The notes: generated by a model not told the origin, from the letters alone. Counted from the stretch's first letter, positions 44,454 to 61,713 are shown. The stretch is 64,000 nucleotides of DNA from Eledone cirrhosa (GCA_964016885.1 OZ024745.1:26474001-26538000); one strand, 5' to 3'. Translations and numbers: made by a program.

Positions 44454-44623
44454 TAACGAAGGAAATGTGGTAAGGAACCAGGTGGACATTAACGCACCAA
44501 AGTACTCAATACTTAGGGTAGTAGAGTGGGTAATAGGAACGAGTAGGACCCCGACGGCTAATTCTGGAGTCCAGAATTAGCCGTCGAAACGGCTTAAGCT
44601 CAGCCGTCGGGATCCTACTCGTT

Positions 44624-44626
<3 letters not shown>
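44454..44626 (+). mobile_element. Fold-back family F1 with a deletion in the left arm between gacggct repeats
   Basis: Direct comparison with 63196-63390. Confidence 0.85.
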
Positions 44627-44687
<61 letters not shown>

Positions 44688-44767
44688 TATTAGGCGAGAG
44701 AGGGAGAGCGGGAGAAAGAGAGAATGTGGGTGATAAATAAAGACATGTGAGCCAACCATATGTCCTT

Positions 44768-44813
<46 letters not shown>

Positions 44814-44818
44814 GTATA

Positions 44819-46030
44819 TGTAGAGGTAGTTCTGCAACAGTTAGTTCATCATACCGAGAACAAATGTTTCACCTTATGCGGACCCTCATAAGATGAAACA
44901 TTTGTTCTCGGTATGGTGAACTAACTGTTGTGGAACTTCTACCAAACTCGTCCTACGGACTGAGTGCTCTACTACGGATATAACCCTCCAGTGTTCTACT
45001 ATTACCCTTACATCGTCCCGTGAAGAAGCGGATAAAATATACATGACATTCTCCAGCATGGACGCCAATATAAAGTTCAGCATGGAGCACCCCGATGACC
45101 GCGGATCCCTATCCCTATTGGACTTCCAACTCAGGGTAACAGAGGAAGGCGACATCCACACCTGCTTCTATAAAAAAAGCCGCCAGCAGGGATCTGTTCG
45201 TACATTTCAGATCAGCCCTCTCAGTCAGCGCTAAATTCGGATACATAAGGAACGAACTACACGTATCCAGAACAAATGCACCGACGCAAGAGACCGGGAC
45301 ACACATACACCACACATTTGCTGGAAGTACTTAAACTGAACGGATACCCGACGTCAACCGTGCCAGAAACAACAGAGGACACCACACCCGAGGCACTAAC
45401 ACCTGCTTTCTGAAGCCCCCACACTTCAGTGACGAAACAACAACAGCCATCCGCAGAGCTATCAGAAGAGAGGGACTAGATATCCAACTAGCCCACTCAG
45501 GACCTTCTCTACGTGGACAGCTAACCGAAAGACACTCCACCAGACATGACAGCTGCTGCAGGCTAGCCAACTGCCCCATCGACGGCACAGACCTATGCCA
45601 CCAAGCTGACGTCGTATACAGATTAGAGTGCGACAAATGCAGCAATTTCTACATGGGTAGCACCATCAGACCTCTTCACATTAGAATAAGAAAACACCTC
45701 AACACTAACGCTTCCTCATTTAAGAAACACCTAGTGAAATGCAAAAACACCGACAAAAACATAATAGTTAGGATAGAAGGTAAGGAAAGAAACCTCGGCA
45801 ATCTTAGAATTAAAGAAGCACTGATTGTAGACAAAACGCACGCAACCACTAATCAAGACCAGACTACAACTCAACACCCAATTCTTAACATGATAGAGCA
45901 CCTAGCCCCACACTTACACCTCCACGTACCATCTCACACACACACACACACACGCCCACACACACGCACGCTTATACCTTCATTTATTCTCTCTCACACA
46001 CACATACACACACATAGACCAGTTTTAACA
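44819..46030 (+). mobile_element. Penelope-like element, 5'-truncated: inverted pseudo-LTR fold-back (44819-44943), RT C-terminus and GIY-YIG endonuclease, frameshifted
   Basis: FSSMDANIKFSMEHPDDRGSLSLLDFQL..FYKK (PLE RT), CCRLANCPI..C..DVVYRLECDKCSNFYMGSTIRPLHIRIRKHL..LRIKEALI (GIY-YIG with Cys pairs). Confidence 0.88.
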
Positions 46031-46282
46031 TGATAGAGCATCTAGCCTCCACATTTACATATAAACATGTCCTCTCACACTCACACACACACGCATGCTT
46101 ACACCTTCACGTATTCTCCCACACACACTTAGACATACATGTCCAAACCCTTTTAAAGGAAGACAACCCTTTATCCACCTAACCTTCACTCTTTGACATT
46201 AGAAATATAATGGAATTTCTTTACTATTTCCTGTCAGCATGACTTGGCAAGCTAATTAGAACACTGGATTAACCCCTTTACT

Positions 46283-46320
46283 TCCCTCCGAAGAAGAGAT
46301 ATTATCTCGAAAATTAAGGA
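46283..46320 (+). ncRNA. Degenerate minimal hammerhead motif downstream of the Penelope ORF
   Basis: cct-CCGAAGA-a.gagat-att-atctc-GAAA-at-TA-agg; one change in the core (CCGAAGA). Confidence 0.5.
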
Positions 46321-46408
46321 TATTCAAATAAATTTAAGCAATATCTTTTGCATTTGTATTTATATTCTATATCCATACCTGCATTGTTCTGGCCTTCTAA
46401 CTCCAAAC

Positions 46409-46500
<92 letters not shown>

Positions 46501-46656
46501 TCTCCCTTCTTTCGTCGAAAAGAAGTAAGTGACATAGTCACTACTTTAAAAATGATTGCGTGAGGTCTTGAAAATGTTTTTAATTAAACATACGGTATAT
46601 TGCCAAATATACTATACATATATTCATGTATACATCGCTATTTCAGAGCACCAATC

Positions 46657-46694
<38 letters not shown>

Positions 46695-47219
46695 TTTTTC
46701 AGCAATAGCAAGTTTTTATCTATATCCGAGTTTCATAAGACCTACCTTGTACGGAGGTGATATGTAGTGTCATATATATGACCACTATCTCAAGAACATT
46801 CACAATATACTACATGCCATCACTATACCACCTCGGCACACTTCTGTAGACTCGCATTCAATGGACGTCATTGTACAGATACAATGTATATAAGATTTTA
46901 AGTTAGAAGTAGCTTATCTCGATTTTATTTACATCTTAAACAGCCTTCAACATCACATGCATAGATATATATCACAACAAGAGTAAAATAGACCTCCAAT
47001 GATTTCGACGATGACTACTCTAAATTCTCAATTGACTGGGCAGTCATCACAGGAAATTAATATTTAAGTGGCTGAGTATTCCGCAGAAATATGTACTCTT
47101 AACGTAATTCTTCGGGACATTCAGCATGACGCATTGTGTTACTAGGCTGGTCCTTTGAATTTCAGGTACCTTTCATTCGACGGGATTGAAATTTTTTCAG
47201 TCTATTTAATTACACTCAC

Positions 47220-47340
47220 AAGGGAGGGGTCGATTTGCGACTATGGTAAATGACAATTTTCCAGGGTGTCATTTAGCAGGATCGAGCCCGAGTCCTCATG
47301 ATTGTGAAGTGAAGCTCGTAACCATTTGACTACGCCGCGT
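47220..47340 (-). mobile_element. Old tRNA-head/CORE-like SINE
   Basis: Minus strand gcggcgtagtcaaatggtta..gggctcgatcctgc..gacaccctggaaaa; related decayed copy at ~39270-39425. Confidence 0.5.
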
Positions 47341-47899
47341 CCACAACATCAAGAAACTAAACAAAGGAGTAAGCTATATATTAAACCCAAGAAAATAAAG
47401 AAAACTGATGAATTTGAGTCTAATATATATTAAACATCAAGTAGTAATGCAGTAAAACATGTAACAACAGAAACATTTAAGCTGTTAACAATGTCAATTC
47501 TAGGTTATATGCTACTAAATCAATTTCAAATATCATATCTTCACCTCAAATTTCTTTCTTTCCCAATATCAGTCTCGTATAACCACACTAAGAGAACCAT
47601 CGCAACACGCAAGTTACATAACTTCCACCTAGAATATGTCTGTCACATCTTTTAATTTAAAGAGAAAATGTACTGAGGAATTATGAAATCTCGTGCCAAA
47701 ATTATGAAATGAACACCTACAACATATGGGTTTAGATATCCTCAAATATCTTCAGGTAAACATACCAACCGTAAATCTCTATTTAAGCAGCATCTTACAA
47801 GCATTTTTATCTTGATGCACACGCTCAAAAATTCATCCTTAAATACAGGTCCTCATATATCTTCTTCTCAGCTACCAACATTAGACCTCACACAAAGAA

Positions 47900-48300
47900 C
47901 ACACGACAGTTTCAAAAACAAACAAAAAAAGAAAAACATATCATTCAAACAGATATTGATATCAGCAAAGGATTAAACTCCATTCCGGGCTACCAAGTCA
48001 TAAACAAAATTTAAAACACCACAATAAATGTTGACTTTCACATCTGCATGCCTGTGTGGGATACAACAAAAAATATATATATATATATAACATATCACTT
48101 CCAAAATGGAGCACCATAAACCTCAGTTCTTCTATCTATACTCTTTAATATATACTTACATGACCTTCCCACAACTATCTACTCCGAATATTCCCTAGAC
48201 ATAGCTGCACATAACAACTCTAACCCTACCTCAACCACCTAGAATCTTGGCTCCAAATAAATAAAAAATAGCACCTACCAAAACGATTCTCGCGCTTTTT
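47900..48300 (+). pseudogene. Highly decayed LINE reverse transcriptase
   Basis: DIDISKGLNS (~FVDISKAFDS) near 47955; QNGAP*TSVLLSILFNIYLHDLP..YSLDIA (~GVPQGSVLSP.LFNIY..DLP..YADDIA) at 48102-48206. Confidence 0.55.
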
Positions 48301-49403
48301 ACCAACAAAACCAAAGAACATCAAATACAACTGAACTTTACACCCAATAACATTAATATGCCACCCATATAGATGACAAGGACTTTAAAAATTACACTAA
48401 ACACCCCCACGCACACAGAAAACAGCGAAATAAATCAAAGTAACACAAGCACACATAATTCACTCCCGTACATTACATTGTATGTAACCCATTGTTATAG
48501 CTTTTATCTGTTGGCATCTTTCATGACATAATTAATATATTTTATACAACAAAATGTTATGTAATATATTAATGGTAATGACTTCTATCCTAGAAAACTG
48601 AAAGGCAAAATCATTTCTAGTGCGATACTGATAAACACAGTGAGGTATTTTGTGTATGCATATATATTTACAGCATATCTGTAGATAAATGGTCAAGGAA
48701 AACAATGCTGAATCTATTGCAAGAGAGCTTATTTATTATATTGAAAATTTCATAAATTTAACCTTTATGCGCGATCTTAGGTTTATATGCCATACATTAC
48801 TTTGGGCAGGCATTCAAAATAAATGAATAAATAAATGGGTTTAAACTGCAATATCAGATGAAGAGTATAACGTTTGTACATAGTATTCTTTATTAACATT
48901 CTACATTGTAATTCTAGTTGTATTTTAATACATTTTTAAAACAAGGGTCTGTGAAAATAAATTTACTTTATTCTCTACATCGTATTTTTTCTTGAAATAC
49001 TTAGTATATATAAAAAAAAAAAGAAAGTGAAAATAAATTTCTTAAAACTGTAGATTTCTTTAGGAAAGAGTTGTCATTGTTGCAGAGATGTGTGTGGTTT
49101 AATTTAAGGGCCACTAAACCATTCGAACTGCACTAGCTAGTAACCTAGACTGACCCTTGATCTTATGAGACAGATGTTGATTTTCTGAGGTATATTTTTG
49201 GAAAAAAAATGCGACTTATAAGCCGTCAAATATAATATATAACGGAAGGTTTTCCAGTAAACATTACACTTCCACGATCTGGGGACTAACTTACAAATCA
49301 TTGTCCCGTCTGAAATATCACATCCGACATAAACAACCAAACTAAATGAACTGAAAGTGTTGTTCAGATCATCATACGTCGAAATCGACAAGAGAGTCCA
49401 TCA

Positions 49404-51552
<2,149 letters not shown>

Positions 51553-51752
51553 NNNNNNNNNNNNNNNNNNNNNNNNNNNNNNNNNNNNNNNNNNNNNNNN
51601 NNNNNNNNNNNNNNNNNNNNNNNNNNNNNNNNNNNNNNNNNNNNNNNNNNNNNNNNNNNNNNNNNNNNNNNNNNNNNNNNNNNNNNNNNNNNNNNNNNNN
51701 NNNNNNNNNNNNNNNNNNNNNNNNNNNNNNNNNNNNNNNNNNNNNNNNNNNN
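51553..51752. other. Assembly gap (200 N)
   Basis: N run. Confidence 0.99.
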
Positions 51753-51782
51753 ACAATTAGATTCTCGATAAAAGCAAGGGAA

Positions 51783-51825
51783 GTAATCTACGCGTTTCAT
51801 TCTTGTTAGAAATCTTCAGGACTAC
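51783..51825 (-). ncRNA. Minimal type I hammerhead ribozyme
   Basis: Reverse complement of 52327-52369. Confidence 0.87.
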
Positions 51826-52092
51826 ATATCCAGTGCTTTTATCGAGAATGACACAGCTAGAGACTTATAGAATACTTAGCTGTGTACAGGAACTGGTTTG
51901 AAAGAGCGGTTGCCGGTCCGGCAGAAATTAGAAATTGGAATAAATGCTCTGAAATAGCGATATATATGTGAATATAGACATAGAATATTCGAAAATATTC
52001 TGTATGTTTATAATAAACATTTTGAAGACCTAATCGCTATAGAATAGAATACGTCACGTATTACAATTAGATTCTCGATAAAAGCAAGGGAA

Positions 52093-52135
52093 GTAATCTA
52101 CGCGTTTCATTCTTGTTAGAAATCTTCAGGACTAC
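52093..52135 (-). ncRNA. Minimal type I hammerhead ribozyme
   Basis: Reverse complement of 52327-52369. Confidence 0.87.
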
Positions 52136-52326
52136 ATATCCAGTGCTTTTATCGAGAATGACACAGCTAGAGACTTATAGAATACTTAGCTGTGTACAGG
52201 AACTGGTTTGAAAGAGCGGTTGCCGGTCCGGCAGAAATTAGAAATTGGAATAAATGCTCTGAAATAGCGATATATATGTGAATATAGACATATAGCTGTG
52301 TCATTCTCGATAAAAGCACTGGATAT

Positions 52327-52369
52327 GTAGTCCTGAAGATTTCTAACAAGAATGAAACGCGTAGATTAC
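52327..52369 (+). ncRNA. Minimal type I hammerhead ribozyme
   Basis: gtagtc-CTGAAGA-t.ttct-aaca-agaa.t-GAAA-cgcg-TA-gattac; stem I gtagtc/gattac, palindromic stem III ACGCGT, GUA triplet (cut after 52363); 16-bp distal helix attctcgataaaagca/tgcttttatcgagaat (52303-52391). Confidence 0.88.
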
Positions 52370-52636
52370 TTCCCTTGCTTTTATCGAGAATCTAATTGTA
52401 ATACGTGACGTATTCTATTCTATAGCGATTAGGTCTTCAAAATGTTTATTATAAACATACAGAATATTTTCGAATATTCTATGTCTATATTCACATATAT
52501 ATCGCTATTTCAGAGCATTTATTCCAATTTCTAATTTCTGCCGGACCGGCAACCGCTCTTTCAAACCAGTTCCTGTACACAGCTAAGTATTCTATAAGTC
52601 TCTAGCTGTGTCATTCTCGATAAAAGCACTGGATAT

Positions 52637-52679
52637 GTAGTCCTGAAGATTTCTAACAAGAATGAAACGCGTAGATTAC
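52637..52679 (+). ncRNA. Minimal type I hammerhead ribozyme
   Basis: Identical to 52327-52369, 310 bp downstream. Confidence 0.88.
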
Positions 52680-52806
52680 TTCCCTTGCTTTTATCGAGAA
52701 TCTAATTGTAATACGTGACGTATTCTATTCTATAGCGATTAGGTCTTCAAAATGTTTATTATAAACATACAGAATATTTTCGAATATTCTATGTCTATAT
52801 TCACAT

Positions 52807-54250
<1,444 letters not shown>

Positions 54251-55567
54251 AGGTGTACAGTTTATTGATACATACATACACTCAAATATACATTCACACA
54301 TGCATACATACATATATACATACATACATAGTTATACTTTTGATCAGTGTGAGAAACGGTAGGTCAAAATTTGTTGCTGTTTTAAATTACTTCAACTATG
54401 AAATCCCTTGAGAACCTAAATAAACGAAACAAAGGCGAAATATAACAAAATTACCAAAACATTAGAAAGGACACACAAATAGAAAACAAAACAGATCTTC
54501 AGAAATGCTGTCAAAATCCAAGAGTTGAACTACGGACAAGTTTGTAATATCGCTTCCTTTATGTAGTTCTACACTGTGTCTTTCTGTTGTTGCTGTTGTT
54601 CTTCTTTCGTTGTTGTTATTATTATTTTGTTGTTTTATTGGTGGTGGGTGTGGAATGAGACGCTTATAGCGGGTTTTTTTAAATATTATTCTCGATGTTT
54701 AGCCCCAGGTCAGACTTATAAATAAAACATTTTACAACCCTGATACTCCACCCGACATGTTAGAAATATTTATGAAGGAAATATCTGTTGTATACATGCC
54801 TGTAGTTTATTTAAGATCGTAGGGCATGATTTGATATAGATTTTTACTGATATTTCCAGCTGGCCAAGGGAGCACATGGAAACTCTTTCCTTGGTTTATT
54901 GTGGTAATGTCGGTAGTAGAGATGATGGGGTTATCCACACTGGTGGCAAATCAGCCATAAATGTCGTCGTTGTTGGGATTTAACCAAAGGTCTACCCTGA
55001 ATGTTAATACTCGAATCAAAAGCAATCCGCGTATGCCCATACCATCTGTTTAGGGTTATCAAACACAAATATTATCCACTGTGACATTCCCTGTTTAAGA
55101 TAATAGAGTTCAGTTTGAGGGAGCTGCTATATTTAGCAGGTCAAATGAATATGTAACCACTTAAAGTCTCTCAACTTGATGTACTGTTGTCGATAATGTT
55201 ATCGTTATTGATCTTTCGTTTTTCTGTATTCTTGACCCATTGAAACTCTCCCCACCCCTTCCCTTACAGAGTTGCTAACGATAATCGGTAGGTGTTTGTC
55301 TCCCTTCTCATTTTTAAAGCATAGTTATCTTATGCCTTTAATGTTGAAATTTCTCTTGGTCAAGACGTTTTGCATCCTCTAATCTGTTTGAAACCATTTG
55401 GAGGTGAGAAACAACTCTGATATGCTGATGCGGTCAAAATTCAGATTGAACCTCGTATATACATCGCTTATCACTCGCCTTCAAACAAATATCAGATTGT
55501 CATTTTTCTTAACCTATGAAATAGTTCTTAATTTATTGAAACTATTTTCTTTCATTATTTTTAATAA

Positions 55568-55672
55568 TCCCGTCGAGGATAACTTTGCCTTTCACCCTTA
55601 CGGGGTCGATAAAATAAAGTACCAGTAATGTACTGGGTAATTGCTGGCCTTGTGCCAAAAGTAGAAACAATT
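55568..55672 (+). mobile_element. 5'-truncated Meta-like SINE
   Basis: Core and tail only. Confidence 0.75.
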
Positions 55673-57459
55673 ATTTTTAATAATTCGTGTTGTTGCTACT
55701 CTTGTTGTCCTTGATGATTTTCTAGCGATAAAATTATTGAAGCATGGTGTAGTAGTTTATAGCTAAGGAAACTTTTACAGTTAAGGAAAGAAATCAGTAA
55801 AAAATATTTATTAGATGATATATACTCGGTTATATATAGTAAACAAACATATCTTTCAATGCGATTCAGATATAGATATAACAAATTCTACGAAGAAAAA
55901 GTCGCTCTACTCACACAAAAAGAGAAATTCGGCAACCTCTCATGATAGACACTCAGCCCGAACCAAATTAGGCTATTCAATGTTAGAACAAAAATTGGTC
56001 CAAAATAGGGGGAAAGGAACAAATTTGAAAGCAAATTATTCTACAAAGCTCCAGCCTGTAGATTCAGATAGACTATTTAATAGTCAGCGATATTTTAAAA
56101 ATTCCTTATTTGGTATATATTTAAAATTTAGCATTTGAATAAAATTATCGAATACACCATATATCATATGAATTAATCAGTATTGAGCAAGCAAGGCAAA
56201 AAATGCCTCGATATTTGTTGTCGGTCACTGGGCTCTGAATTCAAATCTCACCTACTTTGCCTTTTCGCCATTCGAGGCCGATACATAACATATTAGTTCA
56301 TTACTACGGTCGATTCTCTTTCGTTTTCAGGACGAAATCGCTTACGTTCTGATATGAAGAAGGACGGCTCCACCAGGTCTAAAATGTCGTAGTCACGCGC
56401 GATATCCCTATGGCATTTCTACGATCCCGTTTTTTGGGGTTTTTTTTTACATTCAGTAAGAATATGATCAAAAGGGATTTCCAGTGCTGAATATTTATTT
56501 TTTGTTCAGATATAATATTTACCGTTGTATATTGAATGCAATAAATTTAAGGGTAAGGCATACAATTTAAAGAATACTTGGGTACTGTCTAGGACTTCAA
56601 GTGATTGAGTAGAAACCTTTTCATAAACTCAAGTTATATATTGTTATATTCTTGAAACAATTTTAGGGTTATAACTCCTATACTATATATAGATGTGTGT
56701 TTGTCTGCATGCATTTGTGTGTGAATGTGTGTATGTGTGTGTGTGTATGTGTGCGCGCGCACGTGTGTGTGTTGTGTGCACGCGTGTGTCTTCGGGCGTG
56801 CCCGTGTGAAGTTATTGATGTGTAAATATGTATCCATGAAATACAAGATTCAATATCGCTTTTTGGTGTTCCCTCCCATGTGGTGGCAAATGAGGTGTCT
56901 TCTATTTCAGATTATACATGGAAATACATTCAAAAGACTTTAGACATACATATAAACACACATCAATGGCTACATTCGACAACATACAGAGAGTTGCATA
57001 ATAGATCCAAAAGTACACTTACACACAAATAAACTTACATTTAGAAACCAAGTGAATGCATACATACACACACCTTAGCTAGATGACAAAATCTCCCTTC
57101 CCCCTGTTTGCACTGACTCTATTCTACATCTTTCTATCATCCGATATATACATCCCCGCTTCGTTAAACGAAATAAATGACATGAATTAAATATGCCCAT
57201 GATACGATCTTTTGACTTCTGCTGACAGCAGCTTGTGAAGTCAATTTGTTCACATTGTCTACTCCCAAAGTCTTTTTCTTCGCCCCCCCCCCCACTCGTG
57301 ATATCTCTCTATGAAAGGATTTGGTAACCACCGTATCTTCCAACTGTATCAGATTAGGCGTTTCTGTATTATTTTTCTTAAGTGATCTTCAAAGATGTGT
57401 ATATATATGTATATGGGTGAGAGAGAGAGAGTGTGTATAAATATGTGAACATATATGTA

Positions 57460-57498
<39 letters not shown>

Positions 57499-58265
57499 AT
57501 GCATATATGTATATGTATGTCATTATGTGTGAGAGGTCGTGCATTTTAGAGTGTGTTTGAATTTTAACGCGTGTATGTATATCTCTGCATGTTTATGTGA
57601 GTCTCAAATTTAAGATGTCGAATTGAATGATTACATCATATCCCAGTTATGACAATTCCAGATATATTTTAACGTGTGTTTCACTGCTTCTGCTTTTTCT
57701 ATTTATTTTTGATATTTTCTTTTCTTTCTGTCAAATCAAGAAGGGTAACACATTTCCTTCTTTTTGTAATACATACATGCTGAAATTGACACTGAATAAA
57801 GACGTTTTAGCATTTTCTTTCTTTAGATATTTGACGGACAATTAAATGCTGGGGAACTATTGCATAAAAGATTATATTCAAATGTATACGATGGTTCCGC
57901 TAAAGATGGGTTCAGTCAGTAATGAACTGGAAACAGCAAACATTCGCCAATTCCAGTACTAACACACGATTACATGATGTTTGTGTGTGTATAACATTTG
58001 TGTGAGATCGTGTATATTTCTTCGTGTGTGTCATGGATTTATGCATAGTATTTTGTCTGTGTGTTGTAAGTAAATAGACAGATATGTGGAAACTATATAC
58101 ACAATACTGAAATAGGGTTGTGGGTTATCATTGTTAGACAATAGCAAAATCAGCAGAAATTCCTGAAATAGGCTTGTTACGATTGTGTAGAAAGAAAATC
58201 CAGCACAGAAGAAACGGTACATCATCTGAGATGATATTTAGCTAAACGACAATAACAATAATAAT

Positions 58266-58668
58266 GGTTTCTGATTTGGGCACAAGGCAAGCAATTTTGA
58301 GGGAGTGGAAAGTCGAGAAAATCACTTCCAGTGTATTACTGGTACTTTATTTTATCGACCCCGTAAGGATGAAAGGCAAAGCTAACCTCGGGGGATTGGC
58401 ACTCAGAACGTAAGAGGACGTAACGCCGCAAAGCATGGAATCCGATGCCCTGCCGATACTGCCAAACAACCGCCCTAATAGTAATAATTGTTTCTACTTT
58501 TGGCGGCACAAGGCCAGAAATTAACCAGTACATTACTGGTATTTTATTTTATCGACCCCGTAAGGATGAAAGGCAAAGTTAACCTCGGCGGGATTTGAAC
58601 TCAGATCGTAAAGGGACGTAACTACGCTGGAAAGCGTGTCTGACCCTCTACCAATACTGCCAATCTAA
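58266..58668 (-). mobile_element. Two tandem Meta-like SINEs (long + short subtype)
   Basis: Two full cores separated by taatagtaataat. Confidence 0.82.
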
Positions 58669-58769
58669 CAGTTTTTAAAACTCAGTTTTGACTCTACTGA
58701 GAAAGGATGATGGTGAGGATGATTAGAGACAATATATTTTTAATAAGAATGAATACAGAGATTGAATAT

Positions 58770-58806
<37 letters not shown>

Positions 58807-59239
58807 GGAAATTTAGTAAAATCGAATCTCTGGCGGTTTGCAAGCAAATTCGGCCTACTTATATGAAATGATGAGTTAGCAAAGCACTCGATAAGTTAGG
58901 TCCTTAGAGTAATAACATACGTTTAAATAGCTTGACAAATCGAACATTGTGGTAGGCAAAATCTAACACACAATAACATACCAAAGTAACGATAGAACTA
59001 ACAGGTTGAGAAAAATACACTTGGACAAATCAAACGATTATACGTTTAAACTGTTTCTTTGAATCCGAAATCAAATATCAGACTTACCTGTCTGGCAAGC
59101 TCGTGGTATTCATGATCGAATACACCCATACGCCCCCCCCCCCCCCCCCCCCATATATATATATATATATGGGGGGGGTATGGGTGTATATTTCTGAATC
59201 TCTTTCTCTCTCTCTCTCACACATATATATATATATATA

Positions 59240-59425
59240 AGAAAAAGTATGACCCCGACGGCAGAGCTCAAGCCGTTTCGACGGCCATTTCTGGAAATAG
59301 CCGTCGAAACGGCTTGAACTCTGCCGTTGTGGTCATACTTTTTCCTATTTCCCACTCTACTAACCTAAGTATTGAGTACTCTGGTGCGTTATGGTCCATC
59401 TGGTTCCTTACCACAATTCCTTTGT
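59240..59425 (-). mobile_element. Fold-back family F1, second subfamily
   Basis: gaaaaagtatgaccccgacggcagagctcaagccgtttcgacggc / gccgtcgaaacggcttgaactctgccg..ggtcatactttttc plus long arm. Confidence 0.85.
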
Positions 59426-59464
59426 TATATATATATATGTATATATATATATTATATTATATTA

Positions 59465-59695
59465 TTTGTCATTTACTTATGTTCAAACATGGAAGAAAAG
59501 CGCTACCCAGGGATTCAAGGCCCAAATTTAGCCATACCTCCAGAATACAAGAGACATCAAATTAGTTATATGAGATAAGTACCTGAAGAAAGGTCACTAA
59601 TTTGCTGTCTCTTGTATTCTTTAGATATGATTAAATTGGGACCTCGCAACCTTGTGTAGCGTTTTTGTTCCGTGTATGAACATAAATAAATAATA
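59465..59695. repeat. Old, diverged ~230-bp fold-back
   Basis: ttatgttca..gcgctac..agaatacaagagacatcaaattagt mirrors actaatttgctgtctcttgtattct..gtagcg..tgaacataa. Confidence 0.7.
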
Positions 59696-61661
59696 CATCT
59701 CTTTCTTCCCGTTTGAGAACTGTTTTCCTATTTCCTTTCCACACATACGGATATTGCTACATATATGTCGCTCTTTCTATCTCCCATAGATGGAAAGAGC
59801 TACATAGATAGATAGAAAGATAGGTAGGTCGATGGATAGATCGATCGATCGATAGACAGATAGTTAACGTTAATAAGTTTATATAGATTAAATATACTGA
59901 ATAACTAGATGCTGATATCTATAAGTTAAACATTAACTTTAAAACGATATATCCAGAGTGAATCGTTTTGACTGTAATAAAAATCATCACAATTTACATA
60001 TTTTTGCCAAGACCACAAGAGGCAGAGATTGTTGTAGACCAATTCGCTCAATTTCAGAAGTTGTATGTGGGGTGTTTGATCGAGCGTTGTCGTACAGCAG
60101 TATGGGACTTTTACTATTGTTGGACACATACGCTGTACTTTGCAATGCATTTTAATAGATTTCGTGAAACTGCTCCTCTGCTGTTATTGATACACAAACA
60201 TCACAATATGTTTTAGATATGAAACATGTTATGACTCTATGCGAAGTAATTCCCGTTCGTACATTGACAGTTAAGCAAACGTTAATTCTTCATAAAAACG
60301 TCTGTCACTAGTAAAACATGCAAAAGATTTAGGATAACAGAGAAAGAAGTTTCTATTTTATTTTATGTATTTGGGATAGTTTAACTGGGAATTTACCTTT
60401 GAATAATTTTATTCGGTCAATGTTAGATATCATCACAAAAATATTTGTAAATACGATAGTTAAATGAAATTACCTAAATATAAAGATTTATTTTAAACCT
60501 AAAATAATAAAAGTCACTTGAAGGAGGAAAATTGATAGATTAGAATATATCAAATACCAGGGATGGTTAAATAAAACTGAAGTACTATGCAAACGTCTTG
60601 GTAGGTACTACCCTAGATGTCAATAACCTTATAAACTTGCTAACCTATAACTACATAAGATACAACTCAAGCGAATAAAACCCAAAGATATCTACAGTCT
60701 GAATTAAATATGTTTGTTTGACGTAGCAGAAATGACTGGGTTAAAGTTTTAAGCCATTTGATATTCAACCCTCCCCACAGTCCGTCGATCACTTAAAGAT
60801 TATTTAGTTCAAGCGTGATAATTGAGATATAAGTATTGTCTGCTTCTCAACTAAATCTGCTTCCTAGGATATATGATACAAAAAGAAAAATGAGAAATGT
60901 TATAGTGTTGGCAATTTTATGGTAGAGTCCACCTTCTAGACTATTTCTTAATCCATTAGATAAAATGTGTTTTCATTTGTTAACTTAGAAATCGAACCTA
61001 CATAGACTACTTAAATGGAAAGACATTAACCATTGAAGCGTGCCCTACTGCCAGTAAAGTTGCTTAATTTGTTATTTAAATGAAAGAACATTAGCCGCTG
61101 AACCATATCATGGCCTTGTAAAACTATCCAGGTTTCCTGGAATTGATATCTTAGTCTTTTTAAAAATAACAACATTTTGTTGGTTGTCATCAAAAGAACA
61201 AATGAAATCATTTTGAAAATAAAAACACAAACTCCACTTTCTTCTATTCTTGAGCTATGTTTCTATTCCACAACCTTTCACCTACTTTCAGTCTTTCTCC
61301 TGTTTTACATTTCGTTACTTAATCCTCCAACTTCCCTTTCACTCACCTGCTCTTTCTCGCCTCCCTCTCATTTATCTTCGTTTTGCTTTTCACTCGAAGA
61401 AAATATATATAGAACGTTAAAAACAGGTCGATTGAATGACACTACAAAGCTTAAGATATATTCTATCATCTTGTTGGATATTCTGACATACTTCATCATT
61501 CAGCTCCACAGTACTACCAACATGTTATAATATTCCATCGTATTTCATTATTCATGTCATCTTTATATATATATCCATATAGTATGCACCATATGTAACT
61601 ACGATTCTATAGTCCATACATACACACACATAATATATCTTTATCTATCTATATACACACA

Positions 61662-61713
<52 letters not shown>

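Larger units (their letters stand above)
51753..52806. mobile_element. Hammerhead-containing 310-bp tandem repeat in a divergent inverted array (non-LTR retrozyme-like)
   Basis: Left arm 51753-52292 (unit restarts at 52063), inversion at 52292/52293, right arm 52293-52806 with the same 310-bp period; copies look identical by eye; four ribozyme motifs. Confidence 0.9.

Noticed and set aside
52292-52293. Inversion junction as a pure sequencing fold-back artefact next to the gap
   Set aside because: Not fully excluded. However, the junction is asymmetric (the arms meet at different unit positions), and the same layout occurs at 43308 with diverged arms far from any gap, which favours a real structure.
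59080-59125. Minus-strand consensus donor CAG/GTAAGT
   Set aside because: Isolated motif with no definable exon; expected by chance in 64 kb.
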